Positions 43,949 through 54,504 of a stretch of 58,898 bases of DNA are shown piece by piece. A program made the position numbers and the translations under genes. Under the pieces are notes generated by a model. The model was given only the letters and a program-made list of their open reading frames with translations. It had not been told where the DNA came from and made no database searches. Position 1 is the first letter of the stretch, and each line of letters begins with the position of its first letter. Source of the stretch: an uncultured bacterium. GTDB taxonomy: Bacteria > Verrucomicrobiota > Verrucomicrobiia > Verrucomicrobiales > DEV007. Location of the stretch: positions 1 to 58,898 of the forward strand of contig CAXBMO010000032.1 of NCBI GenBank assembly GCA_963977015.1, read 5' to 3'.

Positions 43949-45793
43949 TTGGAATTCCCCCGGTTTCCGTCTAAACCAAGCCTCGTGGTATCCCAAATTG
44001 GTGACGTTTACTTTGATACGCGCGCTCGACTGAGTAGCGCGATCACGTCGTTGGCGAATCTCGCCGGGCAGCTTGACGTTCATCCCTCGCACGTCAGCCT
44101 GCTGCAAAACCTGCTCGCGAACCTGAAAGAGCCCTTTCTTTTCGTGGTCGTTGGCGAGGTCAATGCCGGTAAATCGACGCTACTGAACGCGATCTTTGGA
44201 GCGGATTTCTGCGAAGTCGGCGTCATTCCCACCACCGCGCGGATCAATCTGTTCAAGCACGGCCCCGAGCGGCGCGATATCGAAGTCGGGAAAACGCTCG
44301 TCGAGCTCTATCGACAGGACGACTTTCTCAAGGATTTCAACATCGTCGATACGCCGGGCACCAACTCGATTGAAGACGATCACCAGGAGATCACGGAACG
44401 CTTTATCCCGATGGCCGATTTGGTGATTTTTTCCTTCTCGGTCGCGAATCCCTGGGCTGCGAGTGCCTGGAATCTTCTCCAGAAGATCCACAAGCGGTGG
44501 TACAAGAACATCACCTTCGCCCTGACCCAGTGCGACCTTCGCAACGCGGAGGAAATTCAGGCGATTGAAGAGCACCTCCAGGTGACCGCCATGCAGAAGC
44601 TCGGGATGCGCTTTCCCACCTTCATGGTTTCCGGCAAGAAGGCGTTTCTTTCGAAGACCAGCGCTCTGGATAAGGAGCGGCTTTGGGAGGAAAGCGGATT
44701 TCAGGATTTTGAGAGTTATATCAACGAAGTCGTCAACTCGCCCGAAATCCGGATTAGCAAGCTGGGCAACGTGAGTCGGTCCGCCCGGGTCGTTCTCACG
44801 GAAGTTCAGGAGCAACTCGCGGCGGGAGCCCGAATTCTGCAAGCCGACGAAGAACTGCTGAGCGGTTTGGGGAACGAGGTTCGCAAACAGCGCCAACGCA
44901 CCGTTGAGAAGTTTCCGCCGCTGCTCAAAAGCCTCGACAGCGACTACATGGAATTCACGATGACCGGCATGGCGCGTCTTCAGGACCGGATGGGCCCGGG
45001 AAGCGGCGTCTTCGGCAAAAACACGGTTCCGGAAGAAATCGAGGAAGCGATGACCGACGGCATGACGCGATCCGCCAAGCATTACGCGGATGACGCGACG
45101 CGAATTGTGGAGGACGATCTGCAACATCTCTGGCGTCAACTCGCCGGGAAGATGCAGGAGCATTTCAACTTCAAACTTCGCATCGGAAGCGAATCCGGTG
45201 AACCGGATTGGACGGCGCAAAAGAATCACATGCGCGAGCGCATCACCGCCACCGTTGCGGAGAAGATGCCCGAACTGGAGCTCAAGAAGCTGTTGCGCGG
45301 CAGGTTGGCTCGCCGCCGCCTCACGGGATTGTTCTTTCTCCTGACCGGATTGACGGCTGCGATCGGGGGAGGTGCGCTGATTTTGTTGGGCAAGGTTCCG
45401 AGCGATCAATTGGTTGTCTTTGGCATCATTGCCGCCAGCATCGTCGTCGCGTCACTCATCTTTTCCGGCATCGCGACCCAGGTTTCGAGCAAGGAAGCCG
45501 TTCGGGTCTTGGGCGAACGATTCGAACAACAACGCGACAACCTCGACGCCGCGCTCAAGGTGGCCATGGAGGAACAGATGAGTGGATTTTTTGACGATTT
45601 CCTCGCGCTCTTCGGCCCGCTCCATCAGCTGTGCGAAGAGCATCGCTCGGAATACCAACCTCACGTCACGGAGCTCGAGAACATCATCCGCTCGTTCGAA
45701 GAGATCGACCTGGTGATCGGGCTCGATCCCCTCCCCCAACCGGAAGAGAAGGTTTCGCCGATTCCCGTTGAGCGCCCGGCCGCGGTTCTCTAA
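43949..45793 (+). CDS. Bacterial dynamin-like protein with TM hairpin
   Basis: GEVNAGKS, PTT, IVDTPG, helical stalk, two hydrophobic segments; the true start may be slightly downstream. Confidence 0.85.
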   Translation: MEFPRFPSKPSLVVSQIGDVYFDTRARLSSAITSLANLAGQLDVHPSHVSLLQNLLANLKEPFLFVVVGEVNAGKSTLLNAIFGADFCEVGVIPTTARINLFKHGPERRDIEVGKTLVELYRQDDFLKDFNIVDTPGTNSIEDDHQEITERFIPMADLVIFSFSVANPWAASAWNLLQKIHKRWYKNITFALTQCDLRNAEEIQAIEEHLQVTAMQKLGMRFPTFMVSGKKAFLSKTSALDKERLWEESGFQDFESYINEVVNSPEIRISKLGNVSRSARVVLTEVQEQLAAGARILQADEELLSGLGNEVRKQRQRTVEKFPPLLKSLDSDYMEFTMTGMARLQDRMGPGSGVFGKNTVPEEIEEAMTDGMTRSAKHYADDATRIVEDDLQHLWRQLAGKMQEHFNFKLRIGSESGEPDWTAQKNHMRERITATVAEKMPELELKKLLRGRLARRRLTGLFFLLTGLTAAIGGGALILLGKVPSDQLVVFGIIAASIVVASLIFSGIATQVSSKEAVRVLGERFEQQRDNLDAALKVAMEEQMSGFFDDFLALFGPLHQLCEEHRSEYQPHVTELENIIRSFEEIDLVIGLDPLPQPEEKVSPIPVERPAAVL

Positions 45794-45823
45794 AGGACCA
45801 CGCGGTCACTTTCCTTTTCTAAC

Positions 45824-46561
45824 TTACGCACTCAGCTTCGACGCCGCGGCGGAATCCAGAAAGAGGCGGCAGTCAGGATGCTCCTGCAGAATCGAGGCGG
45901 GAACATCCGGCGTCACCGGCCCTTCCACCGCGTTCTTCACCGCCTCAGCCTTTCGCTCATCCGGCACGGTGCAGATGATCGTCTTGCTCTTCAAAATCTG
46001 GCGAATCGACATGGAGATGGCCTGCTTGGGCACGGATTCGAAATCCGGAAACCAGCCTTCGCCGAGTTGCTGCCGGCGACAGTCTTCGTCCAGATCGACC
46101 ACGAGATAGGGCGACTCCGTCTCAAAATCCGCCGGGGGATCATTGAACGCCAGATGGCCATTTTCGCCAATCCCGACAAATGCCACCGCAATCTCGGTCT
46201 TCGCGATCAGCGCGCCAACGCGGTCGCACTCCACTTTTGCGTCGCTCTCACCATTCAGGAAATGGAAGGCGTGCATCGGATACGGCAGGGTGCTGACAAA
46301 CCGCTGCCAAAGATATTTGCGGAACGAGGCGTCGTGCGTGATCGGCAAACCAATGTACTCGTCAAGATGAAACCCGGTCACCGAAGGCCAGGCGACTTCC
46401 TGTTTCGTCAGACTCTCCAGCATCTCAAACTGCGACGCACCGGTCGCCACAATGATGGACGCTGCCGAGTTTCGGGACATGGCAGCCCGGATCTGGGTCG
46501 CGCCCGCCTTTGCCGCCGCGGCTCCCATCTCTTCCTTCGAATCAAAAATTTGGATGTTCAT
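45824..46561 (-). CDS. nagB: Glucosamine-6-phosphate deaminase/isomerase family
   Basis: [32 protein letters not shown]. Confidence 0.85.
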   Translation of the reverse strand: MNIQIFDSKEEMGAAAAKAGATQIRAAMSRNSAASIIVATGASQFEMLESLTKQEVAWPSVTGFHLDEYIGLPITHDASFRKYLWQRFVSTLPYPMHAFHFLNGESDAKVECDRVGALIAKTEIAVAFVGIGENGHLAFNDPPADFETESPYLVVDLDEDCRRQQLGEGWFPDFESVPKQAISMSIRQILKSKTIICTVPDERKAEAVKNAVEGPVTPDVPASILQEHPDCRLFLDSAAASKLSA

Positions 46562-46564
46562 GGT

Positions 46565-47416
46565 TTAGATCGTTGAAACCAGCTTTTCCAGGCGCTTGGC
46601 GAACTCCACCCAAACGACACGCGCCTCCCCGGAATCATCGACATCCTGACCCGCGTGAACCGCCGCCTTCAAGTGCGGCTCGATCGACAGCCAACCGTCA
46701 TACCCCGTCGCCTCAAGGTCGGCGATGATCCGCCGCTGAACCGGATCCTCATCGACGTGACAGGTCACATACTTGCCATCCTCACCCGGTCTCGCACACT
46801 TGATGTGAACATGATCGATCTGATCGCGGCACTTTTGATAATAATCCCAGGTAACGTCCGTCGTGTGATCATGAAGGCTGTTGTTGCCGGTGTCGAAAAT
46901 CAATCGCAACGCCGGGCTGTCGACCGCCTCCGCCAGTTCGAGATAGCCTTCGGCCGTTTCGCCATAACCGCTGCAATTCTCGTGACCGAGAACGACGCCT
47001 TCGCCCTCCGCGATCGTCGCCAACTCCTTGAGCCGCCGCACCGTCTCCGCCTTCCAATCCGCTCGACTCAACGGATTGTCAGGATCATTGGGATACGACA
47101 TGATGCGAAGAAACTTCGTGCCCGCCTCGCGCATTCGCGGAGCCACGCGCCGCAATTCATCGATGTCCTGCTGGAGATCCGCCGTGATCGGCCGGGCCCA
47201 GTTTCCGATCTGCCCGCCAAATCCCGCGACGAAAATATTCTCGGCCTGAAGGCGCTCCCACGTTTGCTTCCATTGGTCGTCCGTTTGATCGCAGACATTC
47301 TTTCCATCGAGAAGACGCAGCTCAATGGAGGACCAGCCGACTTCGCGAAGCGTGGAAATTTGGCCGTCGAGAGACTTTTCCGCCTCATCGGCGAATCCGG
47401 TAAATTGAAAGGGCAT
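46565..47416 (-). CDS. Sugar phosphate isomerase/epimerase (xylose-isomerase-like TIM barrel)
   Basis: GFADE, HENC, FDTGN, HVHIK, SIEPH. Confidence 0.88.
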   Translation of the reverse strand: MPFQFTGFADEAEKSLDGQISTLREVGWSSIELRLLDGKNVCDQTDDQWKQTWERLQAENIFVAGFGGQIGNWARPITADLQQDIDELRRVAPRMREAGTKFLRIMSYPNDPDNPLSRADWKAETVRRLKELATIAEGEGVVLGHENCSGYGETAEGYLELAEAVDSPALRLIFDTGNNSLHDHTTDVTWDYYQKCRDQIDHVHIKCARPGEDGKYVTCHVDEDPVQRRIIADLEATGYDGWLSIEPHLKAAVHAGQDVDDSGEARVVWVEFAKRLEKLVSTI

Positions 47417-47530
47417 GATTGGTAGGGTTTTTGGGGTTGAACAGACCTTTAGGACCGATTGCAACGCGCACAAGAGGCTTTTCGCTTCTCAATTCATCTT
47501 TCCTGACCGGCGAATCCTCCAACCCCGGTT

Positions 47531-48433
47531 TTGAACTTTCGCCATCCTCGTGCCAAGGTGATCACGTTGAAAAAACTGTTGCTGCCCCTACTTGGGACCA
47601 CCCTCTGCTTTGCGATGATTGGCCTCCTCCTCGTTGAACCCGACCGCTACGAAACGGTCTATGGAGAGATCCTCCACGAAACGACCTCGGATTTTTCGCA
47701 CATTCGGGTTCGGCAACGTGGCGCGATCCGCAGCCTGCTCTTTGTCGATGACGACGGCAGCGAGCAACGCCAGAGCGCCATCTCGATGGACAACCCCGAG
47801 GAGCTTCAGTTGAGCTACACGCGCTCGCTCTTTGTCTCCTTCCTCTTCCGGCATCCCCAGGAGCGCGTCCTCATCGTCGGCCTTGGCGGAGGCGGCATGG
47901 TTCGCTACCTCAACCAGCTTCAACCGGAAACCCACGTCGACTCCGTCGAGATCGACCCTGCCGTTGTTCAAATTGCCGCCGACTACTTCGACACCAAACC
48001 GGGGCCCAAAACCTCGATCTTCACCGCCGACGCCTTCGTCTACCTCAAAGAAACGGAAACCACCTACGACGCCATTTACATGGACGCCTTTCTCCGGCCG
48101 CCGGACGACTCCGGATTGGAAACCGTCACCGAACGGCTCAAAACCGTGAACTTCCTCAAGAGCCTCCATCCCCGGCTCAAGCCCAAGGGCCTCGTCGCCT
48201 TCAACCTCATCGAAGTGGATCCCTCCACCGACGAAGACCTCGAAGCGATGAAGGAAGCCTTCCCCAACGTCTACATCTTCTCCGCGCCCAAGTCCGGCAA
48301 CCTCGCCGTCATCGCCTCGCTCGACCCGGAACGCCTCAGCAAAGAAACGCTCATGGAACGCGCCGTCGACTTCGCCGCGAACACCTCGCTCGAACTCGAT
48401 TTTGAGGATTTGGTGATTGAGTATTGGGATTAG
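47531..48433 (+). CDS. Spermidine-synthase-like SAM-dependent methyltransferase
   Basis: LIVGLGGG, VEIDP, YDAIYMDAF; start uncertain. Confidence 0.85.
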   Translation: MNFRHPRAKVITLKKLLLPLLGTTLCFAMIGLLLVEPDRYETVYGEILHETTSDFSHIRVRQRGAIRSLLFVDDDGSEQRQSAISMDNPEELQLSYTRSLFVSFLFRHPQERVLIVGLGGGGMVRYLNQLQPETHVDSVEIDPAVVQIAADYFDTKPGPKTSIFTADAFVYLKETETTYDAIYMDAFLRPPDDSGLETVTERLKTVNFLKSLHPRLKPKGLVAFNLIEVDPSTDEDLEAMKEAFPNVYIFSAPKSGNLAVIASLDPERLSKETLMERAVDFAANTSLELDFEDLVIEYWD

Positions 48434-48546
48434 TGAAACTTTTCGAGAAACCAAGCAATGCCCGTTCGCTCAGTTGGGGCCACACAAGCACAGTTGGTTT
48501 AGCTCATCCAAGGAAATGCGAATGCCGCTTGCTGTAGCACCGCAAA

Positions 48547-49557
48547 GTGCCACCATATCTCATGACTCGTTGGCAAACGGCATTGGTATTTAGCCTGATT
48601 TTGGGACTGAATTGTCATTCGGAGGAATCCGTAATCGCTCCAAGGGGCCAGAATTTAGCCCGACTCAAACACACCTGGCGATTGGAAGACGGGAGTTCCA
48701 TCTATGGAGTCATCATCGGATCTTCGAACGCAAAAGAAATAGAAATCGTCGATCTCGAAACGTCGCAGCAACGATCGATTCCAACCAGCCAATTGACTCC
48801 TGAGAGCCGGGAAATCATGGAGCAACACAAAAGCGGAATTCTAACCGGAAAGGTCATTAGAATCCTCGACGGGGATACTATCGATATCCTCACTTCGGAA
48901 AACCGCGCTATCCGAATCCGCCTCCACGGTATCGACGCGCCAGAAAAGGCCCAACCTTTTTGCGCACAGTCACGAGAAATGCTGAAGAAATTGGTCCTAG
49001 GTAAAACAGTAACAGTTCATCGCTACGGGCGCAGTTTTTACCGGATAACGGGAACGGTTTATCTTCCTGATCCAGAAGGCATGAATGTAAACTTAGAAAT
49101 GATCAAAGCCGGCTTGGCCTGGCACTCTGCCAACTACTTTGTTAGTGATGGATATACTGAAGCGGAGAACAACGCAAAAACAGCGAATCCCAAAAAGGGT
49201 TTGTGGGCCGGAGTTGGTGACCAAAAAGCAGTCCCCCCGTGGGAGTATCGTAATGGCAGACCGCCTGGGCGGAAAGTCCGCGTGATCAATCCGCGTTTTT
49301 CTCCAGTTCATAGAAAGGTGTGGGTCAATCTGCGATCGTCCCATGGAATCGATTCTCCATTTAAACCTTTGGGCATCCAAATCTTTCGCCCAACCGAAGT
49401 CGGCAACGTTTTCTTACTCAACACCAATACCAATAGGCGTCACCTGGCCGGATGCTCTGAGTTGAGAAACGTCCAAACTATTCGTGTCTGTAAACCCACT
49501 GAAGGTAAGCCATGTAGCTACTGCTCTCCGTTCGCCCCCTTCAGTTCCCAGGAGTAA
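48547..49557 (+). CDS. Thermonuclease (SNase) family protein with extra N- and C-terminal domains
   Basis: VIRILDGDTI, IRLHGIDAPE, GLAW, KGLW, PPWEYR; C-terminal H..GC...CSYC. Confidence 0.85.
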   Translation: MPPYLMTRWQTALVFSLILGLNCHSEESVIAPRGQNLARLKHTWRLEDGSSIYGVIIGSSNAKEIEIVDLETSQQRSIPTSQLTPESREIMEQHKSGILTGKVIRILDGDTIDILTSENRAIRIRLHGIDAPEKAQPFCAQSREMLKKLVLGKTVTVHRYGRSFYRITGTVYLPDPEGMNVNLEMIKAGLAWHSANYFVSDGYTEAENNAKTANPKKGLWAGVGDQKAVPPWEYRNGRPPGRKVRVINPRFSPVHRKVWVNLRSSHGIDSPFKPLGIQIFRPTEVGNVFLLNTNTNRRHLAGCSELRNVQTIRVCKPTEGKPCSYCSPFAPFSSQE

Positions 49558-49774
49558 TCGCAGCGGCAACGACGATTGCGAGCGAGATGAACACCGCAGC
49601 AGTAACGATCGCGACCGCAACATTACCTTCACCGATCAGCTTCCACTCATCAATTGGCGTAATCTTTTTCCAAAGTGTGATGAGAAGCCAAAAGGCAAGG
49701 GTCAGCATCAAAGCTGCCGCAATCCCGTATCCAAAGAGAATGAAAATATTCTGAAAGAAAGGTACCCATTGCAT
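49541..49774 (-). CDS. DUF350 family small membrane protein
   Basis: KITP.D.WK.I.EGNVAVAIV between two TM helices. Confidence 0.8.
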   Translation of the reverse strand: MQWVPFFQNIFILFGYGIAAALMLTLAFWLLITLWKKITPIDEWKLIGEGNVAVAIVTAAVFISLAIVVAAAITPGN

Positions 49775-50173
49775 AACATATCACTTACAACATGGGTTAC
49801 CCTTGTTGCAAGAAAAGCATCGCTCAAAATCTTCATACCGAACTGTCTCGACGTCGGACACCAGCTCGCCTTCAAGAGCTTAATTGAAGGCATTACCGCT
49901 ATCCCCTATAGTCCCTTTCCAAAATCGTTCGAATTTCATCAGGATGATCATCGCGACCCGAATTCGCGGAAGCCGCGCAAATCGCGGTTCGCCATCTTGA
50001 GTCGAAATGTGTGGGTAGCTCGCTGGCGCTACCGCCATAATCGATCCTTAACTGAACAAGAAACTCTGAAAACTTGAATCTCAACCGGTTACCTGCCCGA
50101 ACGACACTCCCTCTTCATTCTCTCCCCTCGTGGTTGCATTTGCGATCCCGGCGGCGTTGGCCTATCACAACCC

Positions 50174-50956
<783 letters not shown>

Positions 50957-50968
50957 GACAGAAACGGC

Positions 50969-52564
50969 TTATCCGTCCTGGCTACCGGGCTTGCTCCGGC
51001 CAAACACCGAGGTGATATCGGTAACCTTGGTGATGAGCAGCTGACCGTTGGTGTCGCTCCCGCTTCCGGTCAGCGTGATGGGCGTCCCAACATGATAGGC
51101 GAGGTTGAAGTTGTGAAAATCGCGGAATTCGATTTCAACCCGCACGGAGTCTTTACCTTCGACATCGACGTAAAACACCTTGGCTTCGTCCAGATTGTCG
51201 GACATGCGGAGCCGGCCTTGCACGGTGATGCGGCCATCCGTGCTCTTGACCCAGCTTTCGAACGGACGCTCGCGGAATTCCTCGAACGCGCCGCCATCGA
51301 GCCCGGGAAGCACCTCGGTCGAGCCCGCGTAGGAACCCACCTCCACACCGAATTTCCGGAGCAGGGAGAGGTGCAGGCGACCGAGCTGCTGATTTTCGGA
51401 ATAGCGCACATAACGCCCCGTCTTCAGCATTCCACCACCCTGCCCGGCGAGGACGATCGGGATCCGCTGAGCCGTGTGGTTATCGCTATGGCCCATGCCG
51501 GAGCCATAGAGAACGACGCTGTGATCGAGGAGCGAGCCCTGATGGTCCTGATAGGATTTCAGCTTGGTGAGGAGCGAATCGAACTTCTCCATGTGCCAGA
51601 GACTGATCTTGAGCAGGGCATCGATGTTCGACCGGCTGAAGTTGCGGAAAAAGTGGGAGAGGTAGTGATGCTGTTCGGTGATTCCGAGGAAGTCGAAGAT
51701 CATCCGGCTGTTGCTGTTTCCGAGCATGTAGGTTGCGCACCGGGTCGAATCCGTCCAGAGAGCCAGGGCGATGAGATCGAGCATCGTCTCGACCTGATCG
51801 TCCATGGTGGCGCCGGCCTTGGGCCGTTGCAGGGTCGTGAAGTCGACCTTGGAATTGCCGGCTGATCCGTTCTCCAATCGTTCCAGCCGCTGCTCGGTTT
51901 CGCGAACCACGGTGAGATACTGGTCGAGGATTTCGCGATCCTCACGACCCGCTTTTCGCGAAAGCCCCTTGGTATCATCGCCCACCCGATCGAGCAAACT
52001 CGACATCTCGCGACGCTTGCGTGGGTGACTCATTGGACTGCGAAACAGCCGATCGAAAATGAGCTGGGGATCGCTCTCCCGCGGAATCGCGTCGCCGTTC
52101 TGATCGTAGGAAATGTAGCTGCACCCAAACTGACCGGTAAAGAGCCCTTCCGTTGTCAACTCGAGCGAGCGATGGGCCGTTTCGCCCCCAATCTTGTCCG
52201 CGATGAGCTGATCCACCGAAGGCGCCTTGGTGTTGTTGTGATGCCCGGACAGAAAGCGGCGGGTGGAGTTCTTGTGGGAGGAAAACCCGAAATCGCCCAT
52301 GTTGTCGAGAATCAGGAGATCATCCCGATGCTTCGAAAAGGGCGCCATCAGTGGAGACATGCGGAAATCGAATTCCGTTCCGCCATTGATGTTCCAAGAC
52401 GGTGGATGAACGCCATTCGGCTTGAAGAGCGTCACAAACCGAATCGGGGGATTGGGATCGCTTTTCGCACTCGCCTCCATCAAATTCAGAAACGGAAGCG
52501 GCAACATGGCTCCTCCAAGTCCTCGTAAAAATGAGCGGCGTTCGATTCTCCAATTCTTCGTCAT
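50969..52564 (-). CDS. DUF1552 family protein with C-terminal extension
   Basis: ERRSFLRGLGGAMLPLP, SVDQ, ALWTDSTR, HHYLSH; TGATG coupling with the upstream gene. Confidence 0.9.
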   Translation of the reverse strand: MTKNWRIERRSFLRGLGGAMLPLPFLNLMEASAKSDPNPPIRFVTLFKPNGVHPPSWNINGGTEFDFRMSPLMAPFSKHRDDLLILDNMGDFGFSSHKNSTRRFLSGHHNNTKAPSVDQLIADKIGGETAHRSLELTTEGLFTGQFGCSYISYDQNGDAIPRESDPQLIFDRLFRSPMSHPRKRREMSSLLDRVGDDTKGLSRKAGREDREILDQYLTVVRETEQRLERLENGSAGNSKVDFTTLQRPKAGATMDDQVETMLDLIALALWTDSTRCATYMLGNSNSRMIFDFLGITEQHHYLSHFFRNFSRSNIDALLKISLWHMEKFDSLLTKLKSYQDHQGSLLDHSVVLYGSGMGHSDNHTAQRIPIVLAGQGGGMLKTGRYVRYSENQQLGRLHLSLLRKFGVEVGSYAGSTEVLPGLDGGAFEEFRERPFESWVKSTDGRITVQGRLRMSDNLDEAKVFYVDVEGKDSVRVEIEFRDFHNFNLAYHVGTPITLTGSGSDTNGQLLITKVTDITSVFGRSKPGSQDG

Positions 52565-54405
52565 CAATCTTTTTGGCTTATAATCATGGTTTCCCGGAAC
52601 GGCAGGCTGGTCACCACCTCGAAGAAGAGATCGCGCCAGGTTCCATCGCTTTCGTGAATCGTCTGGGTGATCGCCTTCACGGCCGGTTGATCGTGCAGTT
52701 CCAGTTTGCGGCAGAGCGCATAGGACATCGTCCGTTCGACCGCGTTGCGAATAATCGCCTCGCGTTGATTGGTCAGGAGAATGGCTTTCAGCTCCGCGTA
52801 ATCCTGAAACGTCTCGCCGGAAGGCAGTTTGCCGCTGGTATCGATTTCGGCCGAGGGCCTGAATGCCCCGTCGTCGGAGTAGGCCTGCAGAGCAAATCCC
52901 AGTGGATCGATCTTCTGGTGGCAACGGGCGCAGGCCACGTTGCTGCGGTGCTGTTCAAAGCGCTCGCGAAAGGTGAGTTCCTGTCCGGGAGGACTCGGCT
53001 TGATGGGCGGAACATCCGCAGGAGGCTCCCCAAGATGCTCGCCAAGAATCGCCCGCAACATCCAGGTCCCGCGCAGAATCGGCCCATGATTCATGGCCAA
53101 CACGCCCGGAATCGTCAAAATCCCGCCGCGATCATGGGCGTGCTCCAACACGATCTTCTGATTCGGCGCGACCTGCTGCTCGACCCCTTTCGGCTTGATA
53201 TGCCGTTGGATTTGCTTGCGATCGTTCCCATAATATTTCGCGGTCAGGTAATTGGCGAACGCAGTCTTCGAATCGACCAACTCCATTACCGGTCGATTCT
53301 CCGTAAACAGGTAATCCAGAAAATCGATCGGCTGGCTTTTCATGGTTTCCCGCTGATTCGCATCGGAGAACGCCTCGTCGATTTGATCCAACCCCAACCA
53401 TTGAACTCCGAAACTCTCCGCCAGGCTGCGCGCCTTGGGCGAATCGAGCATGCGATCCAGCTGCCGCGCCAAAACTCCCGATTCGGCCAAGGTGCCCTCG
53501 CCCGCCAACTGCATCAGCTCCGCATCCGGCATGTCTTCCCAGAGAAAGTAGGAAAGCCGCTCCGCCAACTCAAAGTCATCAACCGGTTGTTGCCCCGGCT
53601 CCCCTTCCATCAACAAACCGCGATACATGAACGCCGGCGACATCAACACGACCTTGAGCTCGTTTCGCACCGCCGCGCTCAACGCCTCGCCGTCCTTGTC
53701 TGCAATCGACTCCAGGATGTTTGCCATCTGATGCTCGGAAACCGGTCGTCTCAAGGCGCGCGGCACAAACTCACGAATCATCGTCTCCGCCTGCTCGATG
53801 CTCAGATCGTCGTTGACCCAACGCTCCAGCGCGACGTCCGCCAGATAGGAATACTGATCCCAAAGCACGGCTGAAAGGGGCGCGCCGTGCGTGTCGTTCA
53901 CGAACCCACTCGCTCCCGGGGGCTCGGTCGGAAGCAATTTTATGACCAACGACCGTTCCGTTTCGGTTTGCTCCGCCTCCATGATGTTGACCTCCAATTC
54001 GAAGCCAAACAGGGAATGGAGCGTGTTGCGATACTCCAAGGCCGATAGCCGTCTCGGTCGAAAATTCCCGGGAAGCGCCTCCACTTCATCGGTGAATCGC
54101 TTCCCATACCAATTCAGGACCATCTCCCGCTCCTCATCGTTGGGTTGCGGCTCGTCTTCGGGCGGCATTTCCGCGAATTCCAGCACCTCCACGACCGTTT
54201 CCCAGAGCTCGAACTGGGCCGCGGCATCCGCATCGGTCTGAATCGTCGAAAAATCGACTTTTCCCTTCACCTTGTCGGCTCCGTGGCACTTGACGCAGTA
54301 TTGCTTCAGAAACGGCTGGATATCCGCTTCATACGCGGAGGCGAGCCCAAGAATAAAGACTTGGCTGAGGAGAAAGAGTTGGAGGAAGCGTTGCAACGCG
54401 CCCAA
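52564..54405 (-). CDS. DUF1592/DUF1588-type PVC cytochrome c protein
   Basis: CVKCH, RRLSALEY, ERLSYFLW, CARCH. Confidence 0.92.
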   Translation of the reverse strand: MGALQRFLQLFLLSQVFILGLASAYEADIQPFLKQYCVKCHGADKVKGKVDFSTIQTDADAAAQFELWETVVEVLEFAEMPPEDEPQPNDEEREMVLNWYGKRFTDEVEALPGNFRPRRLSALEYRNTLHSLFGFELEVNIMEAEQTETERSLVIKLLPTEPPGASGFVNDTHGAPLSAVLWDQYSYLADVALERWVNDDLSIEQAETMIREFVPRALRRPVSEHQMANILESIADKDGEALSAAVRNELKVVLMSPAFMYRGLLMEGEPGQQPVDDFELAERLSYFLWEDMPDAELMQLAGEGTLAESGVLARQLDRMLDSPKARSLAESFGVQWLGLDQIDEAFSDANQRETMKSQPIDFLDYLFTENRPVMELVDSKTAFANYLTAKYYGNDRKQIQRHIKPKGVEQQVAPNQKIVLEHAHDRGGILTIPGVLAMNHGPILRGTWMLRAILGEHLGEPPADVPPIKPSPPGQELTFRERFEQHRSNVACARCHQKIDPLGFALQAYSDDGAFRPSAEIDTSGKLPSGETFQDYAELKAILLTNQREAIIRNAVERTMSYALCRKLELHDQPAVKAITQTIHESDGTWRDLFFEVVTSLPFRETMIISQKD

Positions 54406-54504
54406 AACGTTGATCCCGGGTTATTTCTTTCATGTAAACGCTTGGTTATTCCCCCTGAAAATTCGATTTGCTCATTCGTCGTTTTTCTCGAATCTAACTC
54501 CCGT

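Noticed and set aside
49708-50084. Short ORFs upstream of the DUF350 gene
   Set aside because: No recognisable motifs or consistent start signals; possibly a decayed gene, but not supportable.
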